Shown here piece by piece: positions 18,927 through 27,488 of a DNA stretch of 59,330 nucleotides. The notes beneath the pieces are model-generated. The model was not told the origin of the DNA and searched no databases. It was given only the letters and a program-made list of their open reading frames with translations. The stretch's first letter is position 1; each line of letters opens with the position of its first letter. The DNA comes from Lacipirellulaceae bacterium (GTDB lineage: Bacteria > Planctomycetota > Planctomycetia > Pirellulales > Lacipirellulaceae): the NCBI GenBank assembly GCA_036499445.1, contig DASYDU010000311.1:1-59330 (forward strand), given 5' to 3'. The translations under genes and the position numbers were made by a program.

Positions 18927-19286
18927 ATGGAGTTTGCGATGCGGAATAAACTGTATTTGTTGGCGGCCGTGGCAGGGCTGGTGCTGACCGTGGCGCTGGC
19001 TAGACCGAGTCGTGCGGACTGCTATTGCCACTACTGCAAAGAACTTGATTTGTTTTGTTGGCCAAGTTGGTGCGTCACTTGCTGCCCGGACAACTATTGT
19101 CCCAAGCCGATGCCGTGCGTTCCGTGCAGAATTGGCGGGACATGCGCAGACTGCTGCAGGCCGCCGCTTGCGCCGATCGTGACACCGGCTATCCCGCCAT
19201 CTAATGTGACGAAACCCACGATTGCAGCGCCAACTGCGCTCAGGCAACCAACGAGCACCGCGCCGACAATACCCACCGCTCGCTAG
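18927..19286 (+). CDS. Small secreted Cys-rich protein (13 Cys in about 50 aa) with Pro/Thr-rich tail
   Basis: 119 aa, beginning 30 nt after the OMF stop. Signal peptide MRNKLYLLAAVAGLVLTVALARPSRA, then DCYCHYCKELDLFCWPSWCVTCCPDNYCPKPMPCVPCRIGGTCADCC. Third codon positions are mostly G/C. Confidence 0.55.
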   Translation: MEFAMRNKLYLLAAVAGLVLTVALARPSRADCYCHYCKELDLFCWPSWCVTCCPDNYCPKPMPCVPCRIGGTCADCCRPPLAPIVTPAIPPSNVTKPTIAAPTALRQPTSTAPTIPTAR

Positions 19287-19415
19287 CGCTACTTGGCATG
19301 TGCTCGGGATGAAATTGCCTTGTCCGGGCCGGCCGCGGGCTTGCCGCGAGCACACATGCCGCCGGCGAAATCGGGTGACGGTGGCATAAACCAGCCGTGA
19401 GGCAAGCTGCCTCGT

Positions 19416-22400
19416 CTACTTGTCATGTACTGCCGCGACAGATTGTGTTTCCCGGCCGACTTTGCCATCTACCGAATGCGCCGACCGGGCATCGCCACTC
19501 ACATTCCTGCGCTCGGTGGCCCATCGAACGACCGAATAGAACACCGGAGTGAAGAACACTCCGAATGCCGTCACGCCCAGCATGCCGCTGAAGACGGCGA
19601 TGCCAAGCGTACGGCGCATTTCGGCGCCGGCGCCTTTGGCAAGCACCAGCGGCACGACGCCCAGGATGAACGCAAATGAAGTCATTAGGATCGGCCGCAG
19701 GCGCAGGCGGCAGGCTTCCACGGTCGCCTCGAAGCGGCCCTTTCCTTGATCCTGAAGCTGCTTGGCGAATTCCACGATGAGAATCGCATTCTTGGCCGCC
19801 AGGCCGATCAGCACTACCAAACCAATCTGCGTGAAGATGTCGTTGTTCAAACCTGCCAGCCAAATGCCCGTGATGGCTGCCAGCAAACACATCGGCACGA
19901 TCAAGATGATCGAAAGCGGCAGCGTCCAGCTTTCGTATTGAGCCGAGAGAACGAGAAACACGAATACGACGGCCAGTGGAAACGCCAGTTTGGTCAGCAG
20001 ATCCTTACTGGCCAAAATCTGCTGGTACGTCAATTCGGTCCATTCATAGCCCATGGCAGCCGGAAGCTCGCTGGCCGCCAGGCCATCCACGATATCGATT
20101 GCCTGACCGGAGCTTACGCCTGCCGCCGTGTTGCCATTGATCTCCGCCGACGGATACAAATTGTAATGGTTAACGATCGCTGGCCCGCTGTCGTAGCGAA
20201 CCGTAATGAGAGTTCGCAGTGGCACGCGTTGCCCCTTGCCATTTCGCACCTCGAGGTTGCCAATGTCTTCAATCTTCATTCGATATCGTGGAGCGGCCTG
20301 CAAATTGACTTGCCAGTTGCGGTTTTGAAAGAAGAAGTCATTGACATAAAACGAGCCGAGGTAGGCTTGTAAAGTCGCGTCAATATCCTGCAGCTTAATC
20401 TGCTGTGCCTTGGCTTTTTCTTCATCAATTTTTACATACAGCTGCGGCTGTGTGACGCTGAAGCTGCTGAATAGACCGACGAGCCGTGGGTCGCCATTTC
20501 CCACGTCGGCAAGGTTTTCGACTGCTCCCTGCAGCGAGCGAAGCCCTGCGCTGCGTCGGTCCTGCACTTGTAGTTTGAATCCGCCCGTGGTTCCCAAGCC
20601 TTCCACAGCTGGAGCTCCAAACACGCCGACGCGCGCTGAGGTGATCGCGCTGAACCTCTCGCGCAAACGCTTGATGATCTCCGGCGCGCCGAGCTCGGCC
20701 TTTCCGGCACGCTCCTCAAACGGATCGAGAATCACAAACATGCCGCCGACATTGCTGATGTTCGTGCCCAATACGGCCGAGTATCCAGGCAGGTCGATGG
20801 TATGAGCGACGCCCGGTTCTTGGCGGGCAATTTTGCTCATTTCACTCACGATGGCATCGGTGCGGTCCAGCGTGGCGCCGTCGGGTAATTGCGCATTGAG
20901 CACTAGATAGCCTTTGTCCTGGTCGGGGATGAAGCCGACCGGCACGGCGCGAAACCCGAAAACCGTGGCGGCCATCAATCCGGCATATACCAAGAGAACG
21001 ACCATGCTGATTCGCAGCAGACCGGCGACCAAACTTCCATAGACGCGGATCGTTACGTCGAAGAACCAATTGAACCCGCGAAAGAACGCTCCGAGAAGCT
21101 TGTTGAGGATCACTCCGGCGAACCACCCCGCAATTGCGCCGCCAACAAACACGGCCGCTTGTAGCGCCCACTCCGCACCGGCGCTCACGTGAGATGTGGC
21201 TTCGGACGGCTCATGACCGTGGCCACCGATTTCCATTCCAACTAAGTGGCCGATGGGAGCAAGTAAGAATACGTACGCGATCAGTCCGCCGATGACCGCA
21301 ATCCCCGCACGAGGCAGCGCATCCTGCTGGGTGTGACCGTGCCCGTGCGGTTTGAGCATCAAAGCTGCGAGAGCGGGACTAAGCGTCAGCGAATTGAAAG
21401 CGCTAATAATCGTTGAAGCGGCAATCGTGAGCGCAAATTGCTTGTAGAACTGCCCACTAATGCCCGCCATAAACGCCGTCGGCACAAACACCGCGCACAG
21501 CACCAGAGCGATGGCGATGACCGGCCCCGTAACCTCGTCCATCGCCTTGCGACTTGCATCGCGCGGCGAGAGGCCCTCGGCCAGCCAGCGCTCCACGTTT
21601 TCAACGACGACAATCGCGTCGTCGACCACGATGCCGATCGCCAGCACCAGTCCGAACAGCGACAGGTTATTGAGTGAAAAACCCAAAAGTGCCATCACGG
21701 CGAATGTGCCGACGAGCGATACCGGCACGGCGACCATCGGAATGATTGTGGCCCGCCAATTCTGCAGGAACACCAGCACCACGATAAACACCAGCACGAA
21801 CGCTTCGATCAGCGTGTGAATCACACTGGAGATCGATTCGGAAACAAACACGGTCGTGTCGTAGTAGATGCGATAATCGACACCTTCTGGGAAGCGGCCT
21901 TTGAGCTCTTCCATCTTGGCGCGAATTGCGTGGGACGTATCGAGGGCGTTGGATCCCGGTAGTTGAAAGATTGCGAGGGTCGCCGAGGGCTCGCCGTCGA
22001 GGTAGCTATTGACGTCGTAGTTCTTCGCGCCCAGCTCGATGCCTTTGTTGACGATGCGGCCGTTTGCGTCTTTCTCCGAATCGCGTACTACATCCTTGAA
22101 ATAGACGACACCGCCGTCTTCGCTCGTCTTGAGGACAATATTATCGAATTGCTCTTCGGTCGAGAGCCGGCCGGCCGTGTTGATCGGCAATTGAAACTTC
22201 ACGGATTCGGCCGCGGGCACAGGGGGCTGCCCGAGCCGGCCCGCCGCCACCTGGCGGTTCTGCTCGCGCACGGCGTTGATCACATCGTTGGCCGTTAAGT
22301 CGCGCGCGGCAAGTTTGTCCGGATCGAGCCAGACGCGCATGCTATAGTCGCGCGGACCCAGAAACGCAACGTCGCCCACGCCCTTGATCCGCGCCAGGTC

Positions 22401-22910
22401 GTCTTTCACGCTGAGCGTCGCGAAGTTGCTGAGATAAAGTTGGTCGTAGTAAAACGTCCCGTCCGAACGCTTGGCCGATACCAAATTCACGCACAGCAAG
22501 ATGCTGGGCGACTTCTTTTTGGTGGTAACGCCAATCCGTTTCACTTCTTCCGGTAATTTTGCCTCGGCAACCGCGACGCGATTTTGCACAAGCACTTGCG
22601 CCGTATCGAGATTTGTTCCCAGCTCAAACGTCACGTCAAGGTTCATCTGGCCGTCGTTCGTGCATTTCGACGACATGTAGAGCATGCGCTCGACGCCGTT
22701 CACCTCCTGTTCGATCGGAGTGGCCACGCTGTCAGCCGTGGTTTTCGCATTAGCGCCGGGATATGTCGCCGTGACTTGCACTGTCGGCGGCGCGACGTCC
22801 GGGTATTGGGCGACCGGCAACTGCGAAACCGCCACCACGCCGACGATCACGATCACGATCGACAGCACCGTCGCGAAGATTGGCCGATCGATGAAAAAAT
22901 GGGAAATCAT
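19416..22910 (-). CDS. RND efflux permease (HAE1/AcrB family) with about 80-aa insertion after TM6
   Basis: 1164 aa. MISHFFIDRPIFATVLSIVIVIVG N-terminus and full AcrB-like collinearity. Extra segment between LKP and FFRGFNWFF. Confidence 0.92.
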   Translation of the reverse strand: MISHFFIDRPIFATVLSIVIVIVGVVAVSQLPVAQYPDVAPPTVQVTATYPGANAKTTADSVATPIEQEVNGVERMLYMSSKCTNDGQMNLDVTFELGTNLDTAQVLVQNRVAVAEAKLPEEVKRIGVTTKKKSPSILLCVNLVSAKRSDGTFYYDQLYLSNFATLSVKDDLARIKGVGDVAFLGPRDYSMRVWLDPDKLAARDLTANDVINAVREQNRQVAAGRLGQPPVPAAESVKFQLPINTAGRLSTEEQFDNIVLKTSEDGGVVYFKDVVRDSEKDANGRIVNKGIELGAKNYDVNSYLDGEPSATLAIFQLPGSNALDTSHAIRAKMEELKGRFPEGVDYRIYYDTTVFVSESISSVIHTLIEAFVLVFIVVLVFLQNWRATIIPMVAVPVSLVGTFAVMALLGFSLNNLSLFGLVLAIGIVVDDAIVVVENVERWLAEGLSPRDASRKAMDEVTGPVIAIALVLCAVFVPTAFMAGISGQFYKQFALTIAASTIISAFNSLTLSPALAALMLKPHGHGHTQQDALPRAGIAVIGGLIAYVFLLAPIGHLVGMEIGGHGHEPSEATSHVSAGAEWALQAAVFVGGAIAGWFAGVILNKLLGAFFRGFNWFFDVTIRVYGSLVAGLLRISMVVLLVYAGLMAATVFGFRAVPVGFIPDQDKGYLVLNAQLPDGATLDRTDAIVSEMSKIARQEPGVAHTIDLPGYSAVLGTNISNVGGMFVILDPFEERAGKAELGAPEIIKRLRERFSAITSARVGVFGAPAVEGLGTTGGFKLQVQDRRSAGLRSLQGAVENLADVGNGDPRLVGLFSSFSVTQPQLYVKIDEEKAKAQQIKLQDIDATLQAYLGSFYVNDFFFQNRNWQVNLQAAPRYRMKIEDIGNLEVRNGKGQRVPLRTLITVRYDSGPAIVNHYNLYPSAEINGNTAAGVSSGQAIDIVDGLAASELPAAMGYEWTELTYQQILASKDLLTKLAFPLAVVFVFLVLSAQYESWTLPLSIILIVPMCLLAAITGIWLAGLNNDIFTQIGLVVLIGLAAKNAILIVEFAKQLQDQGKGRFEATVEACRLRLRPILMTSFAFILGVVPLVLAKGAGAEMRRTLGIAVFSGMLGVTAFGVFFTPVFYSVVRWATERRNVSGDARSAHSVDGKVGRETQSVAAVHDK

Positions 22911-22966
22911 ACCTGATTATCTGGCCAGCAGGAATGAGCTGTGCGAACGGCGTCGATCGAACTGAT

Positions 22967-24217
22967 TTATTTGGCCGCGACGCCGCCAGCGGACGATACC
23001 ACTTCCACCGGATAATTCAATCGTGCCCGCTGCAGATTGTCCACGATTACCTGCCATTGCGCTGGATCTTCGCTTTCCAACGGTTTGTCGGCCGGTTGTA
23101 TGGCTCGCATGCCATCGTCGGTGATTGCCCCGAGGATAACATTCCGCCGCCGGACGGTATTCTGATCATCCACAATGAGCACGTAGCGCTTGTCCTGATC
23201 GGCAAGAATGGCCGTTTCCGGCACAAGCGAAGCTGTGCTGGGTTTGCCGATCGTCAAGCGGACGCGGACTCGCGAACCGGGCACAAACAGTCCTTGGTCG
23301 TTCGGTGCGATGCCATAGACTTGCACGGTTCCGGTGCTGGGGTCGACGCGGTTATCTCCAAACCGCAATGTTCCTTCGTGCGCAAACTCCGACTCGCCAT
23401 CGAGCGCAAATTGGAAAGTGGCGTGTTGATCCTTCAAGTTCGCCAACAAGTCGGCCAAGTTACCGCCCCGCGAGCCAATGCTCTTGGCATACTTTTGCAT
23501 CGACCGCTCGTCCACGTTGAAAAAGATGCGGATCGGATCGACGGAAACAATCGTCGTCAAGAGCGGGTCGCTGCCGCCCGCGTTCACGAGGTTGCCCTCG
23601 GTCAATTCTGCTTTGCTGATTCGGCCGTCAATATCAGCCGTGATTCGAGAATACTCTAGGTCGAGTTTGGTCCGCTGCGCCTCGTTTTTTGCGGCTGCGA
23701 CCTGAGCCGTCATCGCCGCCGCCGCCGCGACCGCCTTTTCAGTCTCCTGCTCGCTCGCCGCGCGCTGCGGCAATAAGCTTTGGTAACGAGCCGCGTCGGC
23801 AATAGCCGCTTTCTCCTGGGCTTCGTAGATTCTGACCTTGTCCTCCGCCGCCCCGATGTCCGCCTCGAAGGGACGTGGATCGAGTTCGAAAAGCAGGTCG
23901 CCTTTTTTCACGTACTGGCCGTCCGTGAAGTTCACCTGGATGATGTGACCTCGGACGCGCGAGCGCACGTCGACCGTCTTGTCCGCCGCCATCCAGCCAT
24001 TGAACTCCTCATGGTCCGCCAACTGTCGCTGCTGCGGGTGCATCACCGAGACCTTCGGCGGTGGCGGGGCAACCGCAGCCGGAGCGCCGCCACAACCACA
24101 CGCAGAAATGACCGCAGCGATCCAGCACAGTCGGCAAAGTTCGGCCACCCAACTTTGCCTGACCGGATTCGACGACCAACACTCGTTCCGTCGCCAGATG
24201 ATTGGAAGGGGGCTCAT
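22967..24217 (-). CDS. RND efflux periplasmic adaptor (membrane fusion protein)
   Basis: ATG 24217 (a TTG at 24226 is also possible). Lipobox-like VISACGCGG. MFP motifs VRSRVRGHIIQVNF, GDLLFELDPRPFEA, coiled coil, and beta-barrel C-terminus. Confidence 0.85.
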   Translation of the reverse strand: MSPLPIIWRRNECWSSNPVRQSWVAELCRLCWIAAVISACGCGGAPAAVAPPPPKVSVMHPQQRQLADHEEFNGWMAADKTVDVRSRVRGHIIQVNFTDGQYVKKGDLLFELDPRPFEADIGAAEDKVRIYEAQEKAAIADAARYQSLLPQRAASEQETEKAVAAAAAMTAQVAAAKNEAQRTKLDLEYSRITADIDGRISKAELTEGNLVNAGGSDPLLTTIVSVDPIRIFFNVDERSMQKYAKSIGSRGGNLADLLANLKDQHATFQFALDGESEFAHEGTLRFGDNRVDPSTGTVQVYGIAPNDQGLFVPGSRVRVRLTIGKPSTASLVPETAILADQDKRYVLIVDDQNTVRRRNVILGAITDDGMRAIQPADKPLESEDPAQWQVIVDNLQRARLNYPVEVVSSAGGVAAK

Positions 24218-24494
24218 AGGCGACAAGCTCGATGAGAGTTACAGTTCCAAGGCACCGACCAGGAAATAGAACAGCCGCAAGGCCGGCGTTCAGTCATGCG
24301 ATGCGGGTGAGACTCCCTGATCATAGCCGGCCAGACGCCGGCTTGGAACAATCACCCAGAAAGGAAATGGAGAGCAAATGCGGCTGGCCGCCTTCAGACT
24401 CGGCGCCGGCGCTTAATCCGTGGACACCGAGCCCGTCCGAGGGAACAATTGAATTAGGAATCCCATTCGCTCGTCATCTCATCTCCGCGCCGGC

Positions 24495-26798
24495 ATGTCA
24501 AACTTTCCAAAGCTTATCAAGGCCGCGATTGCGGTGGGGATCTTGGCGCTGACCGCCACGGCGGCCTGGAATTGGTATGTGGTGTTGCCGCCCGAGGCCA
24601 TGAGCAACGCGCAGTACGTCGGCCGGGCCACTTGTGCCGAGTGTCACCAAGCCCAGCAACAGAAATGGCATGGCTCGCACCACGACCGCGCCATGGAATT
24701 GGCGACCGACGAATCGGTCGTAGGCGACTTTAACGACGCCAAATTCGAACGCTTGGGCGCCACTACGCGATTCTTCCGCCGCGACGGCAAATTCTTTGTG
24801 AACACCGAAGGGCCGGACGGCGAAAATGCCGACTTCGAGATCAAATACACCTTCGGCATCGATCCGCTCCAGCAGTACATGGTCGAGTTTCCCAAGGGGC
24901 GGGTGCAGGTATTACGCGTCTCCTGGGATACCCAAAAAAAGCAATGGTTCGAAGTCACGCCGCCCGACGCCCCCGACGAACATCTCAAGCCCGATGATCC
25001 GCTCTATTGGACCAACGTCGCCCAGAATTGGAACACGACTTGCGCCGAGTGCCACTCGACCGATCTCAAGAAAGGCTACGATCCGAAGACCGACACGTTT
25101 CACACAACCTACGCGGAAATCGACGTCAGTTGCGAAGAGTGTCACGGGCCCGGAAGCGCGCACGTGACGCTGGCGCGGAGCTGGCGACTTCTCTGGGATC
25201 GCAATGTCGGATACGGACTGGCCCGGCTGAAGAGTCCCGATACGAATATCGAGATCGAGGCCTGCGCGAAGTGCCACTCGCGGCGGAATACGATCCACGA
25301 GGGATTCCGCCCGGGGCGGCCGTTTCTCGACTACTACGAGCCGCAGCTCCTTGTGGCCGGCTTGTATCACGACGACGGCCAGATTCAAGACGAAGTCTAC
25401 GAGTACGGCTCGTTCCTCGAAAGCAAGATGTACGCCAACAATGTCCGCTGCTCCAGCTGCCACGATCCCCATTCGCTCAAACCGAAATTTGCCGGCAATC
25501 AGCTCTGCACTCAATGCCATCAGCCGGCCAAGTACGACTCGGTGAACCATCATCATCATCTACCGGACTCGGCCGGCGCGCTATGCGTCCAGTGCCACAT
25601 GCCGACGCGGAACTACATGGTGATCCACGCGCGGCGGGACCACAGCTTGCGAATTCCTCGGCCCGATCTCTCCGTGAAGCTCGGCACGCCTAACGCCTGC
25701 AACGCTTGCCACACCAAGCAGGAGGAGACGGCCCAGTGGGCGGCCGACGCGGTGAAAAAATGGTATGGCGACAAGCGGCCTGACGATCCCCATTGGGCGG
25801 CGGCGATTCAGGCCGGGCATCGCGGCCTGCCGGAGGGTGATGAACTTTTGGCTGAAGTCTTTCGCCGCAAGGCGACGCCGGCCATCGTGCGAGCGACGGC
25901 CATAAGTCTGCTCGGCCAGTACCCGTCGGACTCGGCGATAACCATTGAGCAACTTGGGCTCACTGACAGCAGCCCCCTCGTGCGAATGGCGTCGGCCCGC
26001 GCGCTGGGCGGAAAGTCGACCCAGCAGATCATCTCCGAGCTGGGTCCTCGATTGAGCGATCCGATTCGCGCGGTTCGACTGGCGACCGCCCGTCGGCTCG
26101 TCACATTGCCGCTGAGCCAGTTGGACGCCGTTTATCGCCCACCGTTTTTGAAGGCGCTGGCCGAATATCGAGCGAGCCAACAGCTCGATCTTGAGCGAGC
26201 CCACCCTCACATCAATTTGGGCTGGCTCGATCGGCAGCTCAACAAGCAGCTTGCTCCCGAGCGCTTCAACTCGCGCGCTGAACTGGATTGGCTCAGAAGC
26301 GTCGCGGGCGACGACAAGGACGCGGCGGATCAGCTCCGCGCCGCGATCCGCATGGAGCCGTATCTCACAGGTCCGCGAAACGAATTAGCCAACATGCTCG
26401 CGCAGACAGATGGCGACGAGGCCGAGATTCGTCGCCTGCGACAGGAAGAGACCGGACTGCTCGAACGAGATGCGGGTCTGCTGCCAGAGAATGGCGAAAT
26501 TGCCTATCGCCTTGGTTTGTTGCGGTACCAGCTTGGGCAACTCGACGAAGCGGAAGCCGCGCTCGCGACCGCTTGCCGCCTCGCGCCGAATGAATACGAC
26601 TTTCGCATGACGCTGGCGCTTCTCGAGGAGCGTCGCTACGAGCAGGGCGGGGAGGACGCCAAGTATCGGGCAGTCAAGGACTCGTTGGATCAACTTCAGC
26701 AGATGCGGCCCAACGATCCGCGGGCGGCGGCAATTCTCAAGCGACTGGAAGCAACACGAGCGGCGAAGCGCTCCGGAGCTGCGCCCTCCGCCAATTAG
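24495..26798 (+). CDS. Octaheme c-type cytochrome fused to HEAT/TPR-like repeats
   Basis: 767 aa with an N-terminal TM anchor. Eight CXXCH motifs (CAECH x2, CEECH, CAKCH, CSSCH, CTQCH, CVQCH, CNACH) in the first about 415 aa. The C-terminal about 330 aa is helical-repeat-like (LVRMASARALG, IRAVRLATARRL, TPR-like LGLLRYQLGQLDEAEAAL). Confidence 0.8.
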   Translation: MSNFPKLIKAAIAVGILALTATAAWNWYVVLPPEAMSNAQYVGRATCAECHQAQQQKWHGSHHDRAMELATDESVVGDFNDAKFERLGATTRFFRRDGKFFVNTEGPDGENADFEIKYTFGIDPLQQYMVEFPKGRVQVLRVSWDTQKKQWFEVTPPDAPDEHLKPDDPLYWTNVAQNWNTTCAECHSTDLKKGYDPKTDTFHTTYAEIDVSCEECHGPGSAHVTLARSWRLLWDRNVGYGLARLKSPDTNIEIEACAKCHSRRNTIHEGFRPGRPFLDYYEPQLLVAGLYHDDGQIQDEVYEYGSFLESKMYANNVRCSSCHDPHSLKPKFAGNQLCTQCHQPAKYDSVNHHHHLPDSAGALCVQCHMPTRNYMVIHARRDHSLRIPRPDLSVKLGTPNACNACHTKQEETAQWAADAVKKWYGDKRPDDPHWAAAIQAGHRGLPEGDELLAEVFRRKATPAIVRATAISLLGQYPSDSAITIEQLGLTDSSPLVRMASARALGGKSTQQIISELGPRLSDPIRAVRLATARRLVTLPLSQLDAVYRPPFLKALAEYRASQQLDLERAHPHINLGWLDRQLNKQLAPERFNSRAELDWLRSVAGDDKDAADQLRAAIRMEPYLTGPRNELANMLAQTDGDEAEIRRLRQEETGLLERDAGLLPENGEIAYRLGLLRYQLGQLDEAEAALATACRLAPNEYDFRMTLALLEERRYEQGGEDAKYRAVKDSLDQLQQMRPNDPRAAAILKRLEATRAAKRSGAAPSAN

Positions 26799-26975
26799 TC
26801 ACGGCCACAGTGCGATAGCCGCTGGCAATGCTGGCGATGAAGGCAGCGCCGGTGCGCTCTATGCCGGTCGTCATCAAGCAACTCCTTGGATCGAGTCGAT
26901 AAGCGTTACGGGATCGTGCGCGCGCCGCTACGAAAGCCCGCGCCGCCACCTCACGCCCATGGAAAGGATTCCTGG

Positions 26976-27488
26976 ATGTTGTCCACAATCGTGCGTCCCT
27001 TGCGACAGGCAACCGCAGCCTTGCTCTCTAGCGATTCGCCGCGGCAATTGGCCGCGGGCTTCGCGCTTGGCATGGTGCTCGGCCTTTTACCGAAAGGTAA
27101 TCTAATCGCGCTCTCACTGTGCGTGCTCGTGTTTTCGCTGCGGGTTAACACGAGTATTGCGCTAATCGCCGCGGTCGCATTTTCTTGGACGGGCGCCGTG
27201 CTCGATCCATTCGCCGCCAAGCTGGGCTTGCAAGTGCTCGGTATCGGCTCCATGCAAGCGACGTATGCTTCGGTCCTCAATCTGCCGCTCGGTCCCTGGC
27301 TGGGATTTAACAATACGGCGGTCTTGGGCTCGCTGCTGATCGGCATCTATCTGGCGTATCCCGTGTATTGGGTAAGCCTTGTTGTCAGCGGGCGCATGCA
27401 GCCCCGATTGGTCGCTTGGGCCACGAACCACCGGCGGGCGTCGAAAGTGCTTGGCGCCGCCGTCCCCACGACGCGGAGGGCCGCTTGA
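26976..27488 (+). CDS. DUF2062/TIGR03546-like small polytopic membrane protein
   Basis: Start moved to ATG 26976 (GGAAAGGA upstream). SPRQLAAGFALGMVLGLLPKGNLIALSLCVLVF... fits my recollection of TIGR03546. Its stop TGA shares one nt with the next ATG. Confidence 0.6.
   Translation: MLSTIVRPLRQATAALLSSDSPRQLAAGFALGMVLGLLPKGNLIALSLCVLVFSLRVNTSIALIAAVAFSWTGAVLDPFAAKLGLQVLGIGSMQATYASVLNLPLGPWLGFNNTAVLGSLLIGIYLAYPVYWVSLVVSGRMQPRLVAWATNHRRASKVLGAAVPTTRRAA

Noticed and set aside
18516-19355. 279-aa minus-strand ORF across the OMF 3' end and the Cys-rich ORF
   Set aside because: It overlaps the well-supported OMF C-terminus in antisense. The plus-strand Cys-rich ORF has a proper signal peptide, while this one has no features.
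19296-19413. Imperfect long inverted repeat (GCATGTGCTCG ... CGAGCACACATGC) and a GAGGCA-agc-TGCCTC hairpin between the convergent Cys-rich ORF and the RND gene
   Set aside because: The first has a 40-nt loop and a bulge. The second has a 3-nt loop and no clear U-tract. These may be weak bidirectional terminators, but I cannot support a call.
24232-24552. 106-aa plus-strand ORF upstream of, and overlapping, the cytochrome gene start
   Set aside because: It lies in the divergent promoter region and overlaps the well-supported ATG at 24495 in another frame. It has no motifs.
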